From Azolla caroliniana (taxonomy: Eukaryota > Plantae > Polypodiophyta): 64,000 bases of DNA. The notes below the pieces were generated by a model. That model ran no database searches. It saw only the letters and a program-made list of their open reading frames with translations, and was not told where the DNA came from. Location: positions 14,012,001-14,076,000 of the forward strand of contig JBHGNT010000005.1 of the NCBI GenBank assembly GCA_043228905.1, written 5' to 3'. Made by a program: the position numbers and the translations under genes. Numbering within the stretch: position 1 is the stretch's first letter; each line of letters begins with the position of its first letter. This document shows, piece by piece, positions 1 through 12,725 of this stretch.

Positions 1-1420
1 AAGGTGAAAATGACCCAAGCCGAGCTGCAAAAAGCCAACGAACGCATCGCGGAGTTGGAATCTAACGCGACTACGGAGCAACAGGCAACTCCGCCACCAA
101 ACCATGCTATCGACGCTTTGAAGGAAGAAATTGAGGCTTAGACCGCCATCGCCTCAAAAGCGAAAAGGGCCATGCAACTAGTGGAATCAGAAATTGACCG
201 CCTTCGAGCTGAACTACGCCAATTCTCAGACAGGGAAAAGAAGATCTGGGCTAACGGCTGGAAGGTAGTAAAAACCCTTGAAAAGAAACTCGTTGCGGAT
301 GTAGCACAGCACATCCGGACAAAAGCCAAAAACGCCCAATTACAGGATGAAGCGAAGAAATCGTAGGTGGCAATCGCGGGACTCCAGACCTTATTGGAGA
401 AAAAGAAGGTATGGTTCGACAAGCAGTTGGTGGTCGAACAGGAAAGAAGGCATCAGCTCGAAATCTGCCTAAACAATGAAATGGGGAAATTAGAAGAACA
501 CCATGCAAAGGAATCCCAGTTCTGGGCGGGCCTGAAGACCATGTACGAAGAAGCGGCGGCAGTTAGTCAGCAAGAAATTGCAAACCTCAAGAAGTCGGTG
601 GAGGACGCACACAACCGTTGCCAGGCCATCACAGACAACGTGCGTATCCTTCTACAAACAATCGGGAGAGGTTCACAGCGCAATTGAAAATGGCGCTAGA
701 CAAAGGATGGATGGCGTGGGCAACCCAAGCAGCGGAATTGCACGCGTATCGTGCGGACTGGGAGAACCAGCGAAAAGACGGCCGAGGTTACTATAAACTA
801 AATGAGGAGAGCATTGCAGTCATACACAAGGACCTAGCGCAAGACTATCGTGCACTAGTGGACCAACATTCTGAAGAACTCGCGTAGCTCTTAGATGATT
901 TTGGTGAAAGCCAGGAGGAGCTATTTCACCAGATCACACAAGCCGGCAACACACGAACAAATGAGGAATCCATCGCGATGCCAATTCCGGGCACTGCCGA
1001 AGAAGAGGAACCTCAGGCCAGATCACCAGAAATTAGAACGACGGTGAACAGCACAGAACGACGAGCGGAGTCCCCCACAGTACCAGATAGTGAAACTGCT
1101 GCCCAAGAGGAGCCCCATCCGCAGGACCCCATGCTATCGATGGACCACACGGAGAACGTTGCGGGCCAGGTCAAATCGCAACCCCACTCCCCGGAGCGTA
1201 CAACGACGGCCGACACCACGGAGGAAGTGACGATTGAGACAGAGCCGCGCCAACCACCAGCACAACGACAGTTGAGCCCAACCCACTAGCTCAAGAAGAG
1301 CCCATCGTACCCGGACTGCCCACACAGGATGACCGCGACACCAGGAGAAGCCATCCCGACCAAACAAGGGAACCACACCACGATGCACCTACGGGCCCTA
1401 TGTCGCCTCGGGACGGGGAC
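1..1420 (+). pseudogene. Degenerate long ORF (coiled-coil-like N part, P/E/T/Q-rich disordered C part), probably an extra 3' ORF of a Ty3/gypsy element
   Basis: Frame 1 reads from base 1 through in-frame TAGs at 139-141 and 364-366 to about 687, then continues in a shifted frame (618-887, 978-1289); E/K/Q/L heptad-like composition; ends at purine tract GGGACGGGGA (1410-1419). Confidence 0.5.
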
Positions 1421-1422
1421 AC

Positions 1423-1696
1423 CGTAGCAGAGCCAAACATCCAGGCCATTTTGGAAGAAGATTAACGGGATGGGTCCGACGTGCCAGGTGTTGTCCGCCG
1501 GAATAGTAACCGACGGACAAGAGCCTAGGAATAAGAAATAATATAAGATCATAACGCATGTAATGGTTCACGCAGGAAGCGTGAACGGCTAAAAAGACCC
1601 TGTGTATATAAAGGGCAGAAAACCTCTAATAGAGGGAGCATGTAATTTTGGAATGTAAAGAAGTGTATCGTAATAGAATTCTATCTTGTCTGACTA
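1423..1696 (+). repeat. Putative truncated 3' LTR following the extra ORF
   Basis: Follows PPT-like tract; starts CGTAGC (possible decayed TGTAGC); TATATAAA near 1605; no second copy in window. Confidence 0.3.
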
Positions 1697-1925
1697 GTAT
1701 CTCTGCCTCAGACAATGTATGGTTTGTCGACTCTAGAGCATCCAATCACATGACGTCTCATGAAGATTGGCTCCAAGATTTGCGAAAGCTCGATCAACCC
1801 GGCTAACTAGGTGTTACCCGTAGGAGTTGTACGGGGCGGTAAAAGGGTAAAACACATTGACGGGGTTGTTCGGTATGTGTAATGTATATGAGTGTGAAGA
1901 TGAGTATGTGTAAGCACATGCACAG

Positions 1926-2387
1926 TGTTGAGAGACAAGCTCAACGTCGGCCGGATCGGCTGAAGAAGCCGAGGACCGGATCGGTTGGGATCGATCGGTT
2001 AGGCCGAATGCGTAAACCGGTACGCAGACCGGTGCGTAGGTAGGGCCGGATCGGTGTGTAAACCGGGAGGCCGTTAAGAAAGATATTCCGTGAGGAATAT
2101 ATTTGGGAGTTAGTGTAGGAGCTCTCAATGAGCATTGAAGTACTGTCAGTACTTCTGTCAGTCCTTCTAGGACTTGTATAAAAGTGTTCATTGAACACAC
2201 ATATGTATAGTGTGGTGAATAGAGATTGTGTACCCTTTTTGAATATAGTTCTTGTGTTTTTCTCTCTCTCTCTCTCACTCCCTTTGTCTCTCCTGCGTAT
2301 ACTGCGTAAGCTCAAGCTCTCCATTAAACCTGAGTTTTCTGCCTTCTGTTCGGTCTTCATACCTGCTTCCGCACGCTACTTTTTACA
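1926..2387 (+). repeat. 5' LTR of copia
   Basis: TGTTG...TTACA; direct repeat of 7232-7691; TATAAAA near 2177. Confidence 0.97.
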
Positions 2388-2400
2388 TGGTATCAGAGCG
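2388..2400 (+). promoter_or_regulatory. Primer binding site, tRNA-iMet
   Basis: TGGTATCAGAGCG directly after LTR. Confidence 0.95.
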
Positions 2401-2459
2401 CGAGGGTTGAGAACCTCTCTGCAGTCGACACAGCTTGACGAAGAAGAACAAGAAGAACA

Positions 2460-5400
2460 ATGGATAGAGGCATGGCGAGCTCACTTCCAACAGAGAAGCT
2501 CGACAGAACCAACTATGCGTCTTGGTCCTACAAGATGCACCAGTACCTGCTCGGGCACGGCTACTGGAGTTATGTCGAAGGAGCTAATGACGCGGCACCC
2601 AAATCGACACACAGAGACTTCCCGTCATGGGAGCAATCGGCGAGCAAGGTATTATACTACTTCGCGTCGTGTGTGGGCGAACAGCTATTGAGCTATGTTC
2701 GGGATGCACAGACGCCGAAGGGTGTGTGGGAAAATCTGAAGAAGATTTTCGCCGCGAGCACCACAGCCAGGAAGCTTCAGCTCCGACAAGAGTTGAGCAA
2801 CCTACGACAACGCGACTTGTCGGTGGCGGACTATACCTCAAAGATCAAGGATATTTGCGACTCCCTCGCCTCCATAGAGGTGAACATCGAGGAGAGCGAG
2901 ATGGTCCAGATCTGTCTCAGAGGTTTGGTGTCGAAGTTCGGAGCGTTCCGAACGGCTGTGTGTACCCGGGAGAATACGCCGTCCTTTTTTTACTTATAGT
3001 CAATGCTCCTGGTAGAGGAGAACCACGCGGGTGCGTCTACAAGCACGCACACCGATAGCAAAATGTTGTACACGGAGGGAGATAGGCTCCGTGGACGTGG
3101 AGGAAGAGTCGAGTCGGCGCGCAATGGAGGCGGCCGACGAGATCAAGGAAGAAGGCACCGAAGTGATGCGGACAGCAACTCCGGACCCTCCGGAAACAGG
3201 GGGAGTCGAAGCGATGAGAACCGGCAAGGGAAGGCCATCGCGGAGTGCTGGTACTGTGGCAAGAAAGGCCACAGGGAAAGTGAGTGCTGGAAGAAGCGCG
3301 CCGATTTGGAGAGAACCGGTTCCGGAAACGGCTCCAGACATACCGACAAAGGAAATCGGCAGCGATCGCACTATGCCGAAGACTCCGGGAGAGCCGGAGA
3401 AGGGTCTACCTTCGTGACGAGACACGAAGCAAACCACCCCGAGATCGGACGAGGTGTGGTATGTAGACTCTGGCGCGTCAAACCACATGACGAGCCATAA
3501 GGAGTGGTTCTCGTACCTTGAAAAACCGATACAACCTGGAGTAGTCGCAACTGGAGACGACACTCCGCATCCGATTGCGAATGTCGGAGAAGTTCCCCTT
3601 AGCCATGTCGGGCAGAAAGGGAAACTCATGAACGTGTTGCACGTTCTGACAATCACAAAGAACTTGGTCTCGGTCGGACAGATCGTCGACCAAGGGATGG
3701 AGGTTCGGTTCACACACCTCGGGTGCTTCATTGAGGAAGAAGGCCGTGTGATTGTGCAAGGGCGCAGAGACAGGAGGATGTTCATCCTCGATTCCACTAA
3801 CGGCGGCACCGCAATGTTCACGAAGGGACAAAAAACCGAGTCGGACATCGACTTATGGCACAAGCGGATATGCCACGTCAACTACCAGCGGCTTCAAGAT
3901 CTGCAATCGAAACAGGTAGTGTTCGGATTGCCCAAATTTAGTGGCCGAAAGGTACAAATTTGTGAAGCCTACCAGCTCGGGAAGCAACACCGACTTCCTT
4001 TCCCCAACGAGCGAAACTGGAGCCGGAACAAGCTCGACCTTATACACTCTGATGTATGGGGGCCGGCACAAAACGTTAGTCTTGGCAGGAGCCGATATTT
4101 CGTCTCCTTCATCGACAACCACACGCGGCACACGTGGGTCTACCTCATTGAGAGGAAGAGCGAAATCTTCGACTGTTTCCGGGACCTCAAAGGGTTCGTG
4201 GAAACGGAAACAGGACGAAAGATCAAGTGCCTGCGGTCGGATGGCGGGAAAGAGTATTTTTCCGATCAATTCAACGGTTATCTACAACAAATGGGAATTC
4301 GGCGCGAATTCAGTTGTAGATACACGCCGGAGCAGAACGGCGTGGCCGAGAGGAAGAATCGGTCAGTTGTGGAAGCGGCACAGGCAATGCTGGAGGAGAA
4401 GAGCTTGCCCAAGTTCTACTGGGCCGTGGCGGTAAGGACCGCAGTATACATCCAGAACCGGATCGGAGACAAAGTGTCGGCGCACGAGCTATATTTCGGA
4501 ACGAAGCCGAACTTACGACACTTGAGGGTGTTCGGTAGCATTGCGTATGTGCATGTACCGAAGGAGAAAAGGAGGAAGTTGGACGCAAAGGCCAAGAAAT
4601 GCATCTTGGTCGGTTACTCGGACGAACAGAAGGGTTATAAGTGCTATAAACCTCGCACCAAACAAGCGCGTGTTAGCCGCGACGTTGTGTTTGACGAGTC
4701 CGCGTCCTGGTACTTGCCCCCGACTCCGAACCCCAACTCCAATCCGAGTTCTGACGATGAGGTCAGCGAGGCCGAGATGCCTCCGGATGAGCCCGAAATC
4801 GAGACCCGCCAAGAGAGTCCGATTTCACTCCGTTTAAGTGGACCAATTGGACGACTGAGTCGGCACGATCAGTCCCATGAAGAGCCGGCGAGTAGTGGAG
4901 ACTCGGCCGTGCATTCCCCGCGCAGGAAGCCAAGGAGACGGCTTACGAGCAAAGAGAAAGGGAAGAAAAAGGTGTTGGATTCCGGCACGGATAGGAACGA
5001 GTCAGACCGACGCGAGTCCGGCTCCAAGGGAACCGGTGACAGGTCTTTAAAGGTGAAGACCTTGTCGACCGAGAAGGCCTTGACATCGGCTAATGTGAGA
5101 TTACGCCGGTCTACCCGCCAGAAGAATCCTGTTTTGCGGTTCGGATACAATGAGTACATGGCACATCATTATGCGTACATGACCCGTGTAACGGAAGTGC
5201 GTGAGCCGGAAAGCTACACAGAAGCGGCTAAAGACGCGAATTGGCGTGCCGCGATGGAGGAAGAGATGCACGCATTGGCGGAGAACGAGACCTGGGACCT
5301 GGTTGACGCACCAAGAGGGGTTAAACCGATCGGGTGTAGGTGGGTGTACAAGGTCAAGTACAACACCGATGGCTCGGTCAACCGATACAAGGCTCGGCTA

Positions 5401-7237
5401 GTGGCAAAGGGCTACGCGCAGAAACACGGCATCGACTACGATGAGACGTTTGCGCCAGTCGCGAAAATGACAACCGTCCGTGTGTTGCTCGCAGTAGTTG
5501 CGGTGAAGGGGTGGCACTTACATCTGATGGATGTCAAGAATGCGTTCCTGCAAGGTGACCTTGAGGAACAGGTGTACATGGTACAACCCCCTGGTTTTCA
5601 CTCCGGAACGAACTCCTCGGCAGTATGCCGACTGAAGAAGTCCCTTTACGGACTGAAGCAAACCCCGCATGCCTAGAACACGAAGATCACGCAACAACTA
5701 CGTCGGATGGGCTTCGTCACGTCAAAATCGGACTCTTCCCTATTCATCCAGGAAGGTCAACTCGGACCGGTTAATATTTTACTATATGTTGATGACTTGG
5801 TCATCACCGCCGCCGACCTAGTTGAAATCGACCGCGTGAAGCTCCAGCTTGCGGCATCGTTCGACATGAAGGATCTAGGGGACCTTCATTACTTCCTCGA
5901 GATTGAAGTGATTCGTACCCCCGAAGGCATATTGATCAGCCAACGTCATTACGTGCTGAGTATGCTCTTCAAATTCGGGATGGCCGACTGTAAGTCCGTC
6001 TCGACTCCTCTGGACAGAACCGTCAAGCTTCGTCCCGATACGGGAAAGGTATGCGACCATCACCCGACCCGACCTCAGTTATCCAGTCGGAGTGATCAGT
6101 CGGTTCATGGCGCGACCTACTGAGGAGCACCTTCAGTGTGCGCAACGCATACTTTGGTATGTCAACGGCACTAAGGACCGGGGACTGCTATATCGGACCG
6201 GTGCAGCCGCGCAGTTAGTCGGTTACACCGATGTTGATTGGGCTGGCAACGCCGCCGATCGCCGATCCACGTCTGGATACGCATTCTCCCTCAGGAGTGC
6301 CGCGATCGCATGGAGCAGTAAGAAGCAGCCGACAGTTGCACTGTTGAGCACCGAAGCTGAGTACCGAGGAGCGGCTGTCGGGACATGTGAAGTCATATGG
6401 TTGAAGCGGCTACTTAAGGACCTGCAAGAGGAGGTGTCAGATCCGACGTCGATCTACTACGACAACCTCAGCAGCATCCAGCTCGCGAAAAACCCTATTT
6501 TCCACGCACGGACCAAGCACATTGAGGTGCACTACCATTTCGTTCGTGAGCGTGTCCTTTCCGGTGAAGTCGAACTTCAGTACGTGCCGACGGATCGGCA
6601 GACTGCCGATATCTTCACCAAGCCTCTTGGTCTGGACAAGTTGCAGCAATTCTCAGGTGTGCTCGGATTGCGTCACCTCGACGTGCCTAACTTGAGGGGG
6701 AGAACAGTCCCGAACGACCAAGCGAGGCAGCAGGAAAGGAGCGGAGACCGCGACACCGAGTCGGTTGACTCGGTTGTCAAGTTCGACTTCGGATCCGCTA
6801 AAGAAGCCTAGGGCAGACCCGCGGAAAAGTCCGGAAGCGGACAGAAGGGGAGCAGCCGAAGGAGAGAGCCGAAGCCAACCACGTATGGGGAAGATGACGC
6901 CATCGAGGGCGAGAAGACCGAAGACAAGTTGGAGACAGCCAACTCGGACGAGAGCAAAAACCGATCGGAGGTAGCTGAATCGGTTCGGATGTTTGATTCA
7001 GATATGCTGAATCAACCGAGGCCCAAACGGAAGAAAAGGCAGCAGGAGAAGCGTCAACACCGCAATAGTAGAAGAGCTGATAAGGGCCACATGAGCAGAC
7101 AAGCCGATCGGAAGGGTCGAAGCGCGCGGAGTCGAACAGGTCGAGGAGCGCGAGCGAGGTGTGAAGCCAAGAGGAACCGAAGCTGTGAGCCCAAAGATCC
7201 CGAAGAGCCTCAAGTTGAGTTTGAGGGGGAGTGTTGA
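2460..7237 (+). pseudogene. gag-pol: Copia gag-pol polyprotein, disrupted
   Basis: Gag (KLDRTNYASW), CWYCGKKGHRESEC knuckle, [14 protein letters not shown] ([19 protein letters not shown]), RT (LLYVDDL), RH; stops at 2997, 5674, 6809; frameshifting deletions near 3435 and 6055. Confidence 0.95.
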
Positions 7238-7691
7238 GAGACAAACTCAACATCGGCTGGATCGGCTGAAGAAGCCGAGGACCGGATCGGGTGGGATCGA
7301 TCGGTTAGGCCGAATGCGTAAACCGGTACACAGACCGGTGCATAGGTACGGTCGGATCGGTGTGTAAACCGAGAGGCCATTAAGAAAGATATTCTGTGAG
7401 GAATATATTTGGGAGTTAGTGTAGGAGCTCTCAATGAGCATTGAAGTACTGTCAGTACTTCTGTCAGTCCTTCTAGGACTTGTATAAAAGTATTCATTGA
7501 ACACACATATGTATAGTGTGGTGAATAGAGATTGTGTACCCTTTTTGAATATAGTTCTTGTGTTTTTCTCTCTCTCTCTCACTCCCTCTGTCTCTCCCGC
7601 GTATACTGCGTAAGCTCAAGCTCTCCATTAAACCTGAGTTTTCTGCCTTCTGTTCGGTCTTCATACTTGCTTCCGCACGCTACTTTTTACA
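7232..7691 (+). repeat. 3' LTR of copia
   Basis: Direct repeat of 1926-2387, preceded by PPT. Confidence 0.97.
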
Positions 7692-9822
7692 CACAGTTAT
7701 GTGCATGTGACAAGAATGTAATTATCGTTATTTATCGTTATATGATGTATTATATAAACCCCTTACGGGGCAAGTAATGGATATACAATTTTCCCCTCTC
7801 ACATTTGTGTCATTTCCTATTTGTCTCTCTCTCTAGCTCTCTCCCCATCGTAACCCCCGAAGAGGTCATTCTCGCACTCCCTCACTCCCCTTCTCTGTAT
7901 GTCTATTAGTCTCTGTGTTAGAGAGTGTGTTCTTGTGCGTAGACTCATTGTATGGTGAGCCGTTTTGATTAGATGTTTTTGGTGAAAGACTCTTTACATG
8001 ATACAATGAGAGGTTTTTGATGAGACAAGAGACTTTTGAAGAAGACATGGAGAACATCCTATCATAGAAGAGTGTGAGGATCGAAGCTGAAAGGAAATCT
8101 ACAGCCATGGCTGAATATCATCTTCAATCCGTCAGCTCTATGGTGGAAAACCTGTAGAATACTATCAGTCTTCTTGCAGCTGAAGCAGCTAAACTAAGAG
8201 GGGAAGCAGAAGTTTCCATGGGTGAGAAGAAAAATTGATGCATATGATTATGGGAGAAAAGGATTCTAGAAGATGTGGCCCATTGTTGGGCCTTGGTGAA
8301 AAGGCTATCAGTAGAGGTCTCGCAGAAACAAGCGTAGAGAAAAATGATTTGGAAGCAGACAACTAACCTTCTCCCTCTCTCTCCTGCCTTCCTCATTCCC
8401 TTTTCCCTTGGTGGTGGTAGTGACTCGTGGGCGGTTTTACAGATACTCAAAAACACCCACATGATGACAGAGAATCGACAGTAGGAGGGGGAGGAACGTG
8501 ATGGTGACCTTGCATATGCTTGTGATGCCTTTACCATTGCCATCTCCAACCATCATCAGCCCCTCTCTACATTCATCATCCCCTCCTCTCTGCGTGTCTG
8601 TTTTTCTGTCCCAAAGACTCTTCACAGTTATGGCAGCTATCATCACTCCCCACTCCATCGCTTCCATCCAAGCTTTCCTATAGCAACTTTGAGCTCGAGT
8701 CAAAATCTAAATTAGAGCTATGGTGGGATGAGTAGCAATGCGAACCAGGGATCACATGGCTCTAGAAGTAATGTGCCTTGTGGAAATGTATCTCCATCTA
8801 CAATGAGCGCTTATGGGAGCTCTACATCTAGTTCAAATATTGGGGTGAGACCTAGTTCACCAGCACCACCATCTCCTCGCCCTGATGCTGCCAATACTGG
8901 ATATGGTGGTTATTTGGATCCAAGTTATGGTGGTGGCTCAAGCCCAAGTGGGGCCAATCGAAGCTATTTCGTTCCTGGTTCAGGACCGTAGAAGGTGCTA
9001 AACAAACACCAATCGGTGGATGACAGAGACAAGCGGCGGCCGACCAAACAACCAACGAACAGAGCTGGCTGCCGGACAGCCAACCGAGACATGGCTAGCC
9101 GGTGGAAGTAGAGCCAGACAGACAGCAGACATCCGACAAAGCCGACAAATGGCGACAGACGGTCTGACAGTTGGCAGCCTGACAGAAACGATTGAGGGCC
9201 AACGTCCGGTAGATTTCCAGAAAGAAACGGCCAACGGACTGGCCAAACAGAGGCATCCAGACAAAGGTCCGATAGCCGAGGGACGTCGACAGTAGAACAG
9301 CCAGCAGTCCGAGACGACCACTAAACAACGACAACAAATGGTGGCCACGGAGATATGACCTAACAACATACAGACGGCGTGGCCCTGAATAGAGTCGGCC
9401 ATCGGACACCCGGTAGTTGGCAGCCAGCTAGACGGACAGACGAATTTCTATGCCCCTAAGAGACGGCCAAATGACGACCAAAAAGACACCGGCCGAATAG
9501 ACATGGCCACCAGCTGATCGCGGTTAGCAACGGCCGATGCACGACAGTCACAACTGGCATAGACAAAGGGACGATCACGAAAAAAGAAAAAGAAAGAACA
9601 TACACACACAACGAAGGAAAACAGGAACAAACGAAGAGGAGAAAGAAACAACAACAGAAAGAAAGAAGAAAGGAGGAAGAAGAAGGTAGAAAGGAGAGAA
9701 AGAAGGAAGAAAGGAGGAAGAAAGAAGGAAGAAAGAGACCCCAGTGCTTTGCCCCTATATCGTTCTGTTTGTGTCGTATCTCCATGCTCTAAACATCACA
9801 CGGACATACTTGTCTCCTGAGA

Positions 9823-10100
9823 GGATGGCCAAGACGTGTGGCCGAGAGTACGGCCGAGAGACGCGTGGCTGAGACACACGGCCGAGAAGACGGCCGGGAC
9901 GCGTGTTCGAGAGGACGGCCAAGACACGCAGTCGAGAGTATGGCTGGGACCCGCCGCCAAGAGTACGGCCAAGACGAGATGCGCAACCGAGACGCGCGAT
10001 CGAAAATACGGCCGAGATGCACGGCCGAGAGGATGGCCGAGACGCGCGCTCGAGAGTACGGCCGAGACGCGTGACCGAGAGAAGGGCCGAGTGACGGCCA
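9823..10100. repeat. Degenerate GC-rich minisatellite (about 12-13-nt unit, core CGGCCGAGA) flanked by (GAA)-rich purine tracts
   Basis: Repeated ggccgaga/ggccaaga; purine tracts about 9580-9740 and 10120-10225. Confidence 0.75.
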
Positions 10101-10657
10101 CGAAAACACAGACATAGATGAAAACAGAAAGTAGAAGAAGAGAAGAATGTGGAAGAAGAAAAGAAAGAAGAAAAGGAAGGAGGAGAGAAGGAAACGAAGA
10201 AAGAGAAGAGGGGTATGAAGAGAAAATTTCAGAAACTTAACGGCAGAGAAGATGAAATTTCAAAAGCTCAAAGCCATGACGTGAGATTTCAAAAAGTGGA
10301 GGGCAGAATGCAGAATTTCAAAAACAAGGGCCAAAAATAAAATTTGAAAAAAAAAAAAACTTGAGGGTAAAGTTTTTAGAGACCAAGGATATAAAATACA
10401 AAGCTCAATTCACATGAAGAAACCGAAAAATACACATACATGTAACAGAATCATGAAAGGCCCATGCCATAATGGAGGAGCCAATTGGTGTGTGATCCAA
10501 TTGAGCGACATGTTGACCGAACGAGAAGGTTCGAGTCAAGCTATGATCCGATCGATGGATTTCCGATTGTTGAGACGACCGATGGAGTTCCGGTCGTTAA
10601 TAGTTGCCATGGCGAGTGGGTTCACCGTGGGATGCACTATCCCACAGGCGTGCCATG

Positions 10658-10998
10658 TGTTACCCATAGGAGTTGTACGGGGCGGTAAAAGGGTAAAACA
10701 CATTGAAGGGGTTGTTCGGTATGTGTAATGTATATGAGTGTGAGGATGAGTATGTGTAAGCACATGCACAGTTATGTGCATGTGACAAGAATGTAACGGT
10801 CTCTTTTGTAACGGTCATTATTTACAGTTACATTATGTATTATATAAACCCCTTATGGGGCAAGTAATGGATATACAATTTTCCCCTCTCACATTTGTGT
10901 CATTTCCTATTTGTCTCTCTCTCTAGCTCTCTCCCCATCGTAACCCCCTTGGGAGGGGGGTGACGCCATTCTAGGCTTCACTCCCCACCCCAACAACA
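10658..10998 (+). repeat. 3' LTR of the pol-less element
   Basis: TGTTACCC...CAACA, matches 1812 onward; TATATAAA near 10841. Confidence 0.9.
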
Positions 10999-12175
10999 CT
11001 AGGAATGACACAATTCACCCCATTCAACATGTCGGAAATGCCCCATTCAAAAACGATGACAAATAAACCTACATCAAGAATGACTTGCATGTCCCGACCA
11101 TTACGAAAAATCTGGCCTCGGTCAGCCAGATTGTAGAACAAGACATGCAAGTATGGTTCAATCACGAAGGGTGCTTCATTGAAAAAGATGGTCAACTTGT
11201 TGCTCGTGGTTGAAGAGAAGGTGAAATGTTCATCCTCGAATTGAACGAGGTAAAATCGTCCATGTTTTTAAAAGGTCTCAAAGCCGACACCGACTTAGAG
11301 TTGTGGCACAAGAGAATTGGCCACATCAACCTCCAAAAGCTCAAGGGCACGAAGACCAACGGAATCATCATCAGACTCCCAATTTTCACAGAAAAGGATT
11401 CTAGCATTGGAATGTGCGAAGCTTGCCAATTCGACAAGCAATATCAACAATTGTTCCTAAAAGAGAGGAACGTGAGCAAAGGGATCCTAGATGTAATACA
11501 TTCAGATGTATGGGGACCAACAAAAACGACAACATTCGGTGGATGTTTCTCACACTTCCAAAAATTTAAAAATGAAGTTGAAAAAGAAATAGGTCAGCAT
11601 GTTTGATGCCTTGGGTCAGATGGAGGAAAATAGTATTTCTCGGACGAATTTACAGCCTATCCCTTAAAGGAAGGAATTTGATGTGAATTTACCTTTCGAC
11701 ACACACCTTAGCAAAATGGAGTCACCAAACATAAGAATCGGCACATATTAGAGGTAGCTAGGGCAATGATGAACAAAAGGAACTTGATGAAATAGTATTA
11801 GACAAAAGAAGCGATCACAACCGTCTACCTCATGAATTGGTGCACAACCTCGGGAATGCACGATGTCACAGCCCACAAGAAGTTCTACGGAAAGAAGTCG
11901 GATTTATCCCACATCAGTATATTTGGCTCAATTGCTTATGTACATATTCCCGAAGAAAAGCAACAAAAGCTTGATCCTAAGTCAGAGAAATGTATCTTTG
12001 TAGGGTACTCACTCGAACAAAAGGGGTAGAAGTGTTATAATCCATCTACCCAAAAATTTTGAGTGAGTCAGGACGTCATTTTCGACAAGTTGACATCATG
12101 GTACGAACTAAAGATGACTCAAATCCCAGTCGAACCGAACTCGACCAACTAGGAGATAGAAGAGGACAATCAATT

Positions 12176-12338
12176 TGTTGTACGTTTTAGGGTTAGGGTT
12201 AATGATAATTATGATAAAGATAGGAATACGGTTAGCGATGATTATGCTAGTGATGATGAACGATGTGATGGCGAGAATAATAAGCATTGCGGGGTGGGGG
12301 GTGGTGCCTAGAATGGCTCCACCCCCTCGCAAGGGGGT

Positions 12339-12423
<85 letters not shown>

Positions 12424-12725
12424 GAGAAGTTGAGAGAGAGAAATGTTGAGAGAGAGAAATGTTTTCTTATTCATTCATTCCCCATAAGGGGGTTAAATAG
12501 TTACAAGAGGGATAGATACATTGGGGTGCAAGCCCCCTTGGTCATTCACACTGATCACTCACTCACACCTCTTCTTATCTATCCACATGCACACATGTGT
12601 GCATGTGTTCACATATGTATCTACTCACACTCATAATCGTATACATTACACATACATACAACAACATTAAGTCTCTTTGCCCTCACTCATCACACTCAAC
12701 TCTCCGTACATCTCATACGGTAACA
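12176..12725 (-). mobile_element. Solo LTR related to the 10658-10998 family, containing a (TG)n(AG)n microsatellite (about 12343-12440)
   Basis: TG...CA ends, TSD CAATT/TAATT; reverse complement starts TGTTACCGTATGAGATGTACGG, similar to TGTTACCCATAGGAGTTGTACGG; interrupts copia INT-RT linker. Confidence 0.85.

Larger units (their letters stand above)
1926..7691 (+). mobile_element. Full-length Ty1/copia retrotransposon (seed-free-plant type lineage, not resolved)
   Basis: LTRs 1926-2387 and 7232-7691, TSD CACAG (1921-1925, 7692-7696), tRNA-iMet PBS, PPT TTGAGGGGGAG, gag-PR-INT-RT-RH order. Confidence 0.97.
1812..10998 (+). mobile_element. LTR element without recognisable pol (non-autonomous or deleted), interrupted by a copia insertion in its 5' LTR
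   Basis: TG...CA ends, 5-bp TSD CTAGG (1807-1811, 10999-11003); LTR copies 1812-1925+7697-7858 (3'-truncated) and 10658-10998; internal decayed ORF fragments about 7950-8990. Confidence 0.85.

Noticed and set aside
1-1420. env gene
   Set aside because: No hydrophobic transmembrane segment in the visible part; kept only as an unknown extra ORF
8990-10460. Possible DNA transposon/MITE inside the pol-less element
   Set aside because: No terminal inverted repeats or TSD could be identified by eye
12185-12200. Telomere-like TTTTAGGGTTAGGGTT
   Set aside because: Only about 2.5 units inside a solo LTR; not an interstitial telomere array
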